From a virus (lineage: Duplodnaviria > Caudoviricetes), in the IMG/VR virus record IMGVR_UViG_3300032305_000084, positions 1 through 32,179 of that record: a stretch of DNA of 32,179 nucleotides, one strand, 5' to 3'. Positions 17,568 to 25,377 of this stretch are shown one piece after another. Position 1 is the first letter of the stretch. Each line of letters starts with the position of its first letter. The translations under genes and the position numbers were made by a program. The notes beneath the pieces were generated by a model. That model did not search any database and was not told the origin of the DNA. It was given only the letters and a program-made list of their open reading frames with translations.

Positions 17568-18356
17568 TTAGCGGTTGCGCTGCGCTTCCCACTTCTTTGT
17601 CTGTCGTAAGCGTTCAGCTTCAATCCACTGCGAAGTTGTCATGCTCTTGATAGAGCGCGGGTCCGTAGTGTCTAAGGCTGGTGAACCAGTAGTTCTTGCT
17701 GTAACAGGCGAAATCGGTGCTGGCGCAGAAGTCGTTTTTTTAACTGGCGGGTTATCGGCTAACTTAGCCTCAATCTTGCCAATCTCTTTTGCTTGCATGA
17801 AAGGCGATAAACGAGAAATACGTTCCGCATCCTTTGGGTTGGTTCCGAGATAGTAAGCTAACTCAGGGCCAATTTCTGAATGTTGAATCGTCTCTGCCAT
17901 CACGTTTGTGATTGGTAGGTTGGGGTTATATGCGACTTGTTCAAAGTCATCATATTTATCCCGCGCCATCTCTTCACGCTCTTGATAGCTTTCTAGAACT
18001 TGCGACTGTTGCTTTGCGGCTTCCCGTTGCTGGACTAATTTCTCTGCCTCTAAACGGATGAATTCCGCATAGTCATTAGGAGATTGAAACTGGTCTGGCG
18101 TTGGAATCTCACTTGGCACGACTTGTCTTTCAACAGATCGTTGCGCTTGTTCACGTTCCCACTTTCGTTGCTCTCTTGCGAGGCGTTTGCCAATCATTGC
18201 ATCAATATCAGCTTGTGAGTACTTCTTTTCCTCAACAGGCTGTTCGGTGCTTTCATCAGCAATTACCGACTTTTGTTCTACATTCTCAGGAGTGGTCGTC
18301 ACTTCAGGAGATGGCGCGGAGTCAACTTCCGCTAGGTTTTGGACTTCTTCAGTCAT
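17568..18356 (-). CDS. capsid scaffolding protein
   Basis: Acidic, helical; GPELAYYLG.NP...RI..L.P..Q..EIGKIE..L and Pro-rich linker; directly upstream of the coat gene. Confidence 0.85.
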   Translation of the reverse strand: MTEEVQNLAEVDSAPSPEVTTTPENVEQKSVIADESTEQPVEEKKYSQADIDAMIGKRLAREQRKWEREQAQRSVERQVVPSEIPTPDQFQSPNDYAEFIRLEAEKLVQQREAAKQQSQVLESYQEREEMARDKYDDFEQVAYNPNLPITNVMAETIQHSEIGPELAYYLGTNPKDAERISRLSPFMQAKEIGKIEAKLADNPPVKKTTSAPAPISPVTARTTGSPALDTTDPRSIKSMTTSQWIEAERLRQTKKWEAQRNR

Positions 18357-18360
18357 TTTT

Positions 18361-18392
18361 GAATACTAAGATTCCCTGATGTTCTGCACCAG
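18361..18392 (-). promoter_or_regulatory. two small hairpins in the scaffold gene leader
   Basis: Minus strand CTGGTG-cagaa-CATCAG then GAAT-cttagt-ATTC, 4 nt before the ATG. Confidence 0.35.
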
Positions 18393-18408
18393 TACAGTTT
18401 TTTGTGCA

Positions 18409-18897
18409 TTATGCACTCAATGCGGCAACTTTGTCTTGGAAAGTTTTAACACGTTCATCAAGTGCAGATTGGTCTGCCGCCAACTTAGCCGCCAATGCGG
18501 TTAGGTTAGCTTGGGTTTTCTCTGCTGCGGCATCACGCGCATCAGCGGTTTTTTCCCGACTTGCCAAGATAGCTTCACGTTCTGCGCTAGATGCACCAAA
18601 CGCTTTTAGTTGGTCATCCAAGGCTTTTTCACGGGCTTTGACTTCTGCTGTTTTAGTCTTAGCGGCATCAGCTTCTGCTTTTGCGTCTGCCAAGATAGCG
18701 GCGGCTTCATCTTGCGCGGCTTTTAATTGTGCGGCGGCGGCGGTACGATCTGCCAACGCATCTTGCGCGGCTGATAAAGCACCTTGGCGCACAGCCAATT
18801 CGTCACGCAAAGCCGCCATATTAGCTAGGTCAACAGGCAATTGCTTGGTGAAATACTCAACGTAATTCATTGCTGGCGTATCGTTAGAGATGTTCAT
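18409..18897 (-). CDS. Ala-rich coiled-coil hypothetical protein
   Basis: 162 aa of heptad-like A/K/E/D sequence; GAGG SD. Confidence 0.75.
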   Translation of the reverse strand: MNISNDTPAMNYVEYFTKQLPVDLANMAALRDELAVRQGALSAAQDALADRTAAAAQLKAAQDEAAAILADAKAEADAAKTKTAEVKAREKALDDQLKAFGASSAEREAILASREKTADARDAAAEKTQANLTALAAKLAADQSALDERVKTFQDKVAALSA

Positions 18898-18906
18898 TTT
18901 GGCCTC

Positions 18907-19212
18907 TTATGAGTAGTAAGTGACGTTGAGCTTTGCGCTTGCAGTCTGCTCAATAAATCGGATTTGTGAAAGATCACCGTCATACTGCAAAGTAACGCCA
19001 GCAGCCAATGGCATACCAACGGTTGCGGTAGGAGCAACACCGTCATCACGCCAACGCACACCTTGTGTTTCAGGGGTAATGATTGCGATACGAGGAGTTC
19101 CAGCCAAACCGTTTAAATCTTTTTGCGGGACAGTCAGGGCAGTAGATGCGCTCAAGCTGGTTATCTGCTGATAACCCAAGGTTGAGGTAACTGCTTTTAA
19201 GTTAATAGCCAT
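18907..19212 (-). CDS. small beta-rich virion-associated hypothetical protein
   Basis: ATG at 19212 with AGGAG SD; VRWRDDG.APTA.VGMPL motif. Confidence 0.75.
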   Translation of the reverse strand: MAINLKAVTSTLGYQQITSLSASTALTVPQKDLNGLAGTPRIAIITPETQGVRWRDDGVAPTATVGMPLAAGVTLQYDGDLSQIRFIEQTASAKLNVTYYS

Positions 19213-19328
19213 CAAAATCTCCTTCGTTCGGTGAATGACCGAATTTTAACCACCAATTGGTCTGCGTACACAACAATAGACTGAAAAAACCCACCACTAA
19301 AGAAAGAACCGCCAAAAAACGGGTTCAT
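19212..19328 (-). CDS. 38-aa protein MNPFFGGSFFSGGFFQSIVVYADQLVVKIRSFTERRRF (not in ORF track)
   Basis: ATGA overlap with the upstream stop and TGATG overlap with the downstream start; fills the gap exactly. Confidence 0.7.
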   Translation of the reverse strand: MNPFFGGSFFSGGFFQSIVVYADQLVVKIRSFTERRRF

Positions 19329-19594
19329 GCGTCTTCTGCGCCTTCAAACTCAGGCTTTTGCTTAATGATTGCGTACAAGGCAGCACGATCAGCACCAGCA
19401 ACGTATTCGTCACCAGCAATCTGAATCTGGATTACGCTAATAGGTTGTTTACCTTCAAATCGAGCCTCTTTAGAAACGTAACCATAAAAAGTAATACTAG
19501 TGCCTTGACCTTTGAAGTCTTCTTGGACTGCACCAATATTCCAGTAAGTTACTGGGATGCCAAAGTTTGTGTCTGTTGATTTTAAAAATGCCAT
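19325..19594 (-). CDS. small protein following the fibre gene; probable fibre assembly chaperone
   Basis: 89 aa ending Y..IK..PEF.GA.D; TAAGGA SD; position after a fibre-like gene. Confidence 0.6.
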   Translation of the reverse strand: MAFLKSTDTNFGIPVTYWNIGAVQEDFKGQGTSITFYGYVSKEARFEGKQPISVIQIQIAGDEYVAGADRAALYAIIKQKPEFEGAEDA

Positions 19595-19606
19595 GTTTAT
19601 GTTTCC

Positions 19607-21136
19607 TTAATAAGCCTCAAAAATTATAATACCCTGTCTTCCAAAGGCATTAGTAGCTGAATTGTGTGATCCACTAGCTCCGCTACCACGCCCTGATCCA
19701 TCTTGACCAATAGCGGTTGTTGCCCCAAAAGCACCTCCACCAGTGCCAAAGCCTGGGCAATCTCCACCAGCACCAGAGAAATTAGTTGCTGTGGTTGTTG
19801 AAGACCCGTAAGAATTACCACCTTGACCGCCACCAATATTTATATCGCCACCAGTAGCTGTACCACCAGCAGGGCCAGATGTTGATGAGTTTGCATAAGC
19901 CGTTGTAATGCCGTCAGAACCTCTTGCGGCAGTAATTGTGTCAATTGTTAGCGTACCAGAGGATACGGTTGCTGCACCGCCAGCGGGTAAGTTGTATGTC
20001 AAAGTTTGTCCAGCAGTCATAGCAAGCCATTTAATTGCTACACCACCAGAACTAGCACCAGTACATCTTCGGCCTACTACACCAGTTGTGTTTCCACCAG
20101 AACCTACTGCGGTGATTTTTACCCATTGAGTATTGGCTGGAGCTGTGTAGGTTGCACTACTTGCTTCATCAAACACATTGGTTTGCTTCGCTAATGCACC
20201 ACCACCACTTGCAGTAGCCCAAGACATTACCCCTGAACCGTTTGTAGATAAAACTTGTCCGCTTGTACCGTCTGCGGCAGGAAGTGTGTAAGTTGTTGAA
20301 CCCGCTACAGCAGCACCTTTTAAGCCTACGTAGCCAGATGTAGCGCCTACAAGTTGAATTCCTGTTCCTGAAGTTCTAACTGTACCTGTTCCCTTTGGTG
20401 TCAGGGTTAGGTCTATGTTTGTGTCTGAGCCAGCAACTCCAAATACAGGAGCAGAGCCAGCAGCAGCACCAGTAACTGTTCCGTAATTTACAGCAGAAGA
20501 CGTTGTATGTAACACCCTAAAGTTAATATTTGAGCCGCTTGCATTAGATGCAAAACGAATCTCACCAGAGCCTTTGGATACAAAACCAAGGTTGACGTTT
20601 GTATCACTTCCTTGCCCTGAAATAATTGGAGTGCCTGTTGTTGCGTTACCAGTAACCTGTACGTAGTTCACAGCAGAGGCTGTGTTGGCTACTTGAAATT
20701 GAATGTTAGTGGATGAACCACCAGTTCCAAAAGTATAAGCCCCTGTTCCTTTTATTCGAAAAGCCAAACCAGCGTTTGCACCAGTGCCGCCAGATGCAAT
20801 TAAGGGGTTGGATGAGCCAAATGTGCCAAAAATATTAACATAATTGTTGCTTCCCGAACCGCCGCCAGATGCGCTAACTCGCAACGATTCAACATCAGCA
20901 ACACCACCCAAAGATGTCTGACCAGTAGCAGTCAACGTAGTAAACGTACCAGCAGCAGGGGTTGTAGCTCCTACTGTAGTGTTGTCAATCGTGCCACCTT
21001 CAATGTCTACAGATGTTTTATTCTGTTCAGCCATTGTCCCCACGCCTGACAGCGCATGGTCAGCGTTCCACGCCGCAGCGCCAGTAGCACTAAACGAACC
21101 ATCGGCGGGTGTAGTGTGGGTTACAACTACGGTCAT
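19607..21136 (-). CDS. Gly/Ser/Thr-rich fibre-like protein with internal repeats
   Basis: Three NY...G...P.....G...N..L....KG.G repeats, YTLPAADGTSGQVL.TNGSG..SW fibre motif, glycine-rich C-terminal domain. Confidence 0.75.
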   Translation of the reverse strand: MTVVVTHTTPADGSFSATGAAAWNADHALSGVGTMAEQNKTSVDIEGGTIDNTTVGATTPAAGTFTTLTATGQTSLGGVADVESLRVSASGGGSGSNNYVNIFGTFGSSNPLIASGGTGANAGLAFRIKGTGAYTFGTGGSSTNIQFQVANTASAVNYVQVTGNATTGTPIISGQGSDTNVNLGFVSKGSGEIRFASNASGSNINFRVLHTTSSAVNYGTVTGAAAGSAPVFGVAGSDTNIDLTLTPKGTGTVRTSGTGIQLVGATSGYVGLKGAAVAGSTTYTLPAADGTSGQVLSTNGSGVMSWATASGGGALAKQTNVFDEASSATYTAPANTQWVKITAVGSGGNTTGVVGRRCTGASSGGVAIKWLAMTAGQTLTYNLPAGGAATVSSGTLTIDTITAARGSDGITTAYANSSTSGPAGGTATGGDINIGGGQGGNSYGSSTTTATNFSGAGGDCPGFGTGGGAFGATTAIGQDGSGRGSGASGSHNSATNAFGRQGIIIFEAY

Positions 21137-21495
21137 GCTAAGAACCTTAATTTGTACAGGGTGGACAGGTACAAGCCAACAATTTCATCAATAATGTTTT
21201 GAATTGGGGTGTCTGTCTTTTCACAAACATCGTAACGCCCCTTTTCAATCTCATCAATCTGACCTTGAAGAAAATCAATAATGTTGGCTGTTTTCTTGGT
21301 CGCAGGGATTGCAATAGCGCCGACCAAACCGTGACGGCCTTGGTAGGCTTCAGCAAACTTGTCAGCCAATTCAATCACATCTTCATAGAAGTGACCTAAT
21401 GCCTTGTGTTTGCTGTAACTGCGGGTGTTCAAGTGAACAGAATGAGCCACGTTACGACCCAAAAAAAGCAGACCTATAAGTTGAGAAGCGTTCAT
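21133..21495 (-). CDS. ferritin/Dps-like four-helix protein (DUF5856-like)
   Basis: H..H.NT.SY..H.AL..FY......D..AE..QG pattern resembling the Dps ferroxidase helices. Confidence 0.65.
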   Translation of the reverse strand: MNASQLIGLLFLGRNVAHSVHLNTRSYSKHKALGHFYEDVIELADKFAEAYQGRHGLVGAIAIPATKKTANIIDFLQGQIDEIEKGRYDVCEKTDTPIQNIIDEIVGLYLSTLYKLRFLA

Positions 21496-23702
21496 TGTGA
21501 AATTCCTTCAGGTGGCATTTGTTGCATTTCTTGAGGCATTTCTTGCATTTGTTCAGGCATCATTTCTGGGCCAATATCTATGTCTTGGCCTGGCATTTCT
21601 GCCATCAAATCACCCGAAGTGATCATTCCGTGAACCGTACCCAAGACAATTTCTTGGATTTGTTCTGGAGACATACTAGCTTGGACAGCGGTTAGACGTT
21701 TGGTTTCAGCATCAAACGCCTTGACTTGAGCCTCAAAGTCTTTGCGTTGCATTTCCTGAACCTCAATGGACTTGCCAACATTGTTAATCATGTTGTGCAT
21801 GGCTTCCATCTCTTGACCCATCGCCTGAATTTGTTGTTCAGCCGCTTGCAGTTCAGGAGACTTGTCGTTGCTGGCAAGAATCTGCGGGTCAATCGTCTTT
21901 TTAAAGCGTTCAGCCATTTCTTGTGCGCCAGGCCAATCCATGTTCTTGACAAACAGATCACCCGCCACAGTCCACAGTTGGGGATTACCCTGAAGCAGTT
22001 GAGCCATAGCTTCCAATGCTTCTTGGCGTTTAGTAGCGTAGCCTGGGCCTGTGGTAGCCACGACATCGTATTTACCAACGCTAGGGTTGTAGATTTTCTC
22101 AATCACAACGCCCATTTCATCCACAATTTTCTTAACTGGCTCTTGTTGGTCAGGGTTGATCTTTGCCATCTTTGTTTCGCCATCTTCTCCGATAACACGG
22201 GCAATGCGCTCTGTGTCGTAGATTTTGGGAATCAAGTCAATCAACTGACGGGCAATGTGACGAACGCCACGGGCTAAGTTGTCACCATAATGGTATGTTC
22301 CTACGTCACCTTCACGCTGACGCGCAAGGATAGCTCTACCAGAACGCTCATTTGACCCCATGCCCAACGAGGCGTTGTATTGACCCGTTGTAGATTTGAT
22401 GTCTTCCGATGCACCAGCCTTGGCTTGAAGCAGACCGCTAGAAGCCATTGGTGGTTGCGCCCTTGCAGGAAGTGGCAGCACAGCGCCTTGACCATCGGTA
22501 ACGTCAGGGTTTACTTCTAGGTAAGGCCAGTTATTGGTGTTGGCTGTCTTCCACTTGTCTTCATATCCTTCAAACTGACCGCCATAACCAATGAACGGAG
22601 CTTTAGGAGCAAGCGCCAGCATCTCTGCTTCTTGAGAAACCCAGTAGTTGTACATACGTTGGGCATCTTTGGCGTTACGCACCAAACCCGAAACGTACAA
22701 ACGACCGTCAACTTCAAATTCGTTTCCTACGATACGAACGACAGGAATCCACTTACCCGCCCATTCTGCTTCTTCAAGGATTTCATATCCGTTGATCTTG
22801 CAGTATTTGACTTTGGGGTCTTGAACAATACGCTTGTTCTTAGGTTTTCCGTACAAGACTTTGAGTTGCTTGTCTTCCATTGTCCCTTCAAAGGCGGTAA
22901 TGTTGCCTGGGTACAGGTTCAATGTGCGCTTTTCGTAGTCAACGTAGTAGTAATCAGCGATACGGATGGTGTTTTCATTTAACCAGTTACTGATTGACTG
23001 ATCACCCACGCCCAAGGATTGCAAAGTGGAAATAGGCGCTGAATTGGGATATTCACGCTCATACTGTGCTTTGGGGATGTCCTCAGTAATAAAGCACCAC
23101 TTAGCGTCTGCGCCAGTTGGGTCTTGAATCAGCGGGTCCATGTAGACCGAGAAAGAATTACGAATCCGACCAATCTTGATGTCTTGATTGAAAGAATTGG
23201 GGTCGCAATACTCAGTCAGGATGCGGATATAGCCTTCGCCATAAGCCACTTGGTTTTCGCAGGCTGTATCGTAAGCCACATCCGCATCAGAGATGTATTC
23301 AATGTGGCGAATCATGCCGTTGTAAATGTCGGCAACTTCAACGTCAGCATTATCGTCAACGGGAATGACTTTAGCGCCTGGTCGGTTCTGCCGTTGGTCA
23401 TTCGTCACTTGACGAACGTGTTGGGGCAGCTTGTTAATGGTTAAACAAGGTCTAGCGTTGATGGTTTGACCTTGAACTGCACCGCGAGTGGCTAAAACGT
23501 CAGCAGGCCATTGCCATTGGTTGTCTGGTGAACCAGCGTAGAAGCGCAGATCGTCAATTTCGTCTTCACGGCTTTCGGATAGAGCAGAGATTGCTTGGTC
23601 TAGGCGGCTACGCGCTGTTGCCAAGACATCGGATGAACTATTGGCTTTGCCGCCACCGTTAGATACCGCACCTGCGGCGGCAATTCCTGTGTAATCAGCC
23701 AT
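21492..23702 (-). CDS. portal protein, P22-like
   Basis: 736 aa; DLRF..G..QW, RPCLTINKL, GLVR.AKD.QRMYNYW.S, SG.AI.ARQ..G, GKYDV....GP.Y.T.R. Confidence 0.93.
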   Translation of the reverse strand: MADYTGIAAAGAVSNGGGKANSSSDVLATARSRLDQAISALSESREDEIDDLRFYAGSPDNQWQWPADVLATRGAVQGQTINARPCLTINKLPQHVRQVTNDQRQNRPGAKVIPVDDNADVEVADIYNGMIRHIEYISDADVAYDTACENQVAYGEGYIRILTEYCDPNSFNQDIKIGRIRNSFSVYMDPLIQDPTGADAKWCFITEDIPKAQYEREYPNSAPISTLQSLGVGDQSISNWLNENTIRIADYYYVDYEKRTLNLYPGNITAFEGTMEDKQLKVLYGKPKNKRIVQDPKVKYCKINGYEILEEAEWAGKWIPVVRIVGNEFEVDGRLYVSGLVRNAKDAQRMYNYWVSQEAEMLALAPKAPFIGYGGQFEGYEDKWKTANTNNWPYLEVNPDVTDGQGAVLPLPARAQPPMASSGLLQAKAGASEDIKSTTGQYNASLGMGSNERSGRAILARQREGDVGTYHYGDNLARGVRHIARQLIDLIPKIYDTERIARVIGEDGETKMAKINPDQQEPVKKIVDEMGVVIEKIYNPSVGKYDVVATTGPGYATKRQEALEAMAQLLQGNPQLWTVAGDLFVKNMDWPGAQEMAERFKKTIDPQILASNDKSPELQAAEQQIQAMGQEMEAMHNMINNVGKSIEVQEMQRKDFEAQVKAFDAETKRLTAVQASMSPEQIQEIVLGTVHGMITSGDLMAEMPGQDIDIGPEMMPEQMQEMPQEMQQMPPEGISQ

Positions 23703-23940
23703 GTTCTAAAACTCCAGTTACATGAGGCTCACGCATAACAAGATATTGCTTGTTCTCATGTTTAAATTCTTGTGCAACGCCAAAATACAGATGGTCGCCC
23801 ACTTTGATGTCTTTGCAATCTGGGCCAATGGCTACGACAACGCCTGTTTCCATTGGGTCGCCAACGGGAAGCACAAATAACTCATGCTTTTCTACATCGC
23901 GCTCAATGATAACGCAGTCTTTTAGTGCTTTAAGGGTCAT
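23695..23940 (-). CDS. groES: GroES-like co-chaperonin
   Basis: LKAL.D.VII, G.VVAIGP...IKVGD...F, YLVMRE..V.GVLE match the Cpn10 pattern. Confidence 0.85.
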   Translation of the reverse strand: MTLKALKDCVIIERDVEKHELFVLPVGDPMETGVVVAIGPDCKDIKVGDHLYFGVAQEFKHENKQYLVMREPHVTGVLEHG

Positions 23941-24389
23941 TTTTTGTTCTTTAAAAAATTAGCCGCATCTTCAGCCGATTTTAAATTTAACGCATCTGGA
24001 TTTATCCCAGTGTCTCGCATGAAATATTCTTTCCATGCAGTTGGATGGTTTGCGGATTTAAGCATCTGACCATCTGGCAACGATGAAGGCCAATGAAAAC
24101 GGTTTTTATCATAGGGGTCGCGTTCAGGCATTATTCCCGCCTTCCAAGCCGCCCTGTAATCATAGTCTTTGGTGTTCAGATCAGGTTCTTCGTTGTATTG
24201 GTTTTTAAATTCTTTAAACCAATCTGTGCCACGAATCCAGTTTTGGAACAATGCTTCGTCATCTGGCGCTTTAGCCATGCGTGTACGAGCAACTTGTGCG
24301 GCAAGCATTGGATAGCCAATATACGCGCCCACTTGACTTGCAAGCGCATTTGATGGGTTAGGCGCTAACCTATTTGCTATCTGTGGCAT
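23937..24389 (-). CDS. hypothetical protein with NxLAP leader and YDYRAAW...HWP...HPT domain
   Basis: 150-aa ORF tightly coupled to its neighbours. Confidence 0.75.
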   Translation of the reverse strand: MPQIANRLAPNPSNALASQVGAYIGYPMLAAQVARTRMAKAPDDEALFQNWIRGTDWFKEFKNQYNEEPDLNTKDYDYRAAWKAGIMPERDPYDKNRFHWPSSLPDGQMLKSANHPTAWKEYFMRDTGINPDALNLKSAEDAANFLKNKK

Positions 24390-24390
24390 T

Positions 24391-24528
24391 TTATTTTTTC
24401 TTGGCAGCGGCTTCGCGTTTTACGTTGTAGGCAATAGCAACGGCTTGCTTGACAGGTTTGCCAGCCTTGATCTCAGCTTTCACATTCGACTTAAACGCCT
24501 CTTTGCTTGTGGATTTTTTTAGCGGCAT
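24391..24528 (-). CDS. 45-aa basic protein MPLKKSTSKEAFKSNVKAEIKAGKPVKQAVAIAYNVKREAAAKKK (not in ORF track)
   Basis: Fills the gap; GGAG SD upstream; GKP.KQAVAIA motif. Confidence 0.8.
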   Translation of the reverse strand: MPLKKSTSKEAFKSNVKAEIKAGKPVKQAVAIAYNVKREAAAKKK

Positions 24529-24529
24529 A

Positions 24530-24958
24530 TTAACTCTCCGTGTGGAAAATAGCGTAATTCAACTTAATTGCTTCAGAATAGGCGTTGTTCGTGACGTTTT
24601 TAATTTCAATGGTAAACGAACCATCACTAATGGCCGAAATAAAAGCGTTATACGCGCCCAAAGTGCCGCCAGAAGCTACGCTAACCACCACCACATCTCT
24701 GTTGCTGACTGTGCTGCAATTAACCACAAAAACTCCGCTAGCGTTGGGGGCTAGTTGTGATGATGCAGTGGTAATTTGTCCAGACGGCGTGTTAAGTGTT
24801 ACCGCTGTGTTTTTATTGTTGCCTTGAGTTACCGTTCCAAAAGCACTAGCCGAATATCCAATCGTGCCAGTACAAGCAATGTCGGTAGCCTTAACAATAT
24901 CAGCGTTGATGATGTTTTGGTCTTCGTATGCAACGCCAATCGGTTTGGTATTTGCCAT
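24530..24958 (-). CDS. decoration-like virion protein, N-terminus paralogous to 15317..15835
   Basis: MANTKPIGVAYED vs MPNTKPVGVAFSD; GTVTQ......VTLN..SGQIT beta domain. Confidence 0.65.
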   Translation of the reverse strand: MANTKPIGVAYEDQNIINADIVKATDIACTGTIGYSASAFGTVTQGNNKNTAVTLNTPSGQITTASSQLAPNASGVFVVNCSTVSNRDVVVVSVASGGTLGAYNAFISAISDGSFTIEIKNVTNNAYSEAIKLNYAIFHTES

Positions 24959-24959
24959 G

Positions 24960-25112
24960 TTATTTCTTCTTTGCTGTTTTGGCAGATTCTTTAAATGCTT
25001 TGGCGGTAGGAGCGCCAGCAGTGCCTGGCTTTCTCATCTTTTCGCCAGAGCCAGCCTTGATGCGCTCTTGCTTTCGGTGAATATTCTCATACAAGCCTTG
25101 TTTAGTAGCCAT
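24960..25112 (-). CDS. 50-aa basic protein MATKQGLYENIHRKQERIKAGSGEKMRKPGTAGAPTAKAFKESAKTAKKK (not in ORF track)
   Basis: Fills the gap exactly between its neighbours; K/R-rich. Confidence 0.8.
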   Translation of the reverse strand: MATKQGLYENIHRKQERIKAGSGEKMRKPGTAGAPTAKAFKESAKTAKKK

Positions 25113-25115
25113 GAT

Positions 25116-25376
25116 TTAACACTTCCATCGTTTAAGGGCTGCTTTTGCGCGTTCACCGTCTTTGGCGTTAGCGGCTACTGCGCCCATCCTTGCACAAAAT
25201 GAATCCTTGCGACCTTGGTCTGCCTTGGTTTTAGGGTTAGGTGCTGGCGCTTTCAAGTTTGAGCCAGTAGCGGCATTGTATTTCTCGCGCCCTTTGGCAG
25301 TTAGACCAGCGCCTTTTGATACTGGCAATTTCTCGCCACGACCAACGGATAGTGAAACATTCTTCTTTGTTGCCAT
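25116..25376 (-). CDS. small basic phage protein (GLTAKGR...RKDSFCARM...W.C)
   Basis: Likely start MATKKNV at 25376, 1 nt after the terL stop. Confidence 0.75.
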   Translation of the reverse strand: MATKKNVSLSVGRGEKLPVSKGAGLTAKGREKYNAATGSNLKAPAPNPKTKADQGRKDSFCARMGAVAANAKDGERAKAALKRWKC

Positions 25377-25377
25377 G

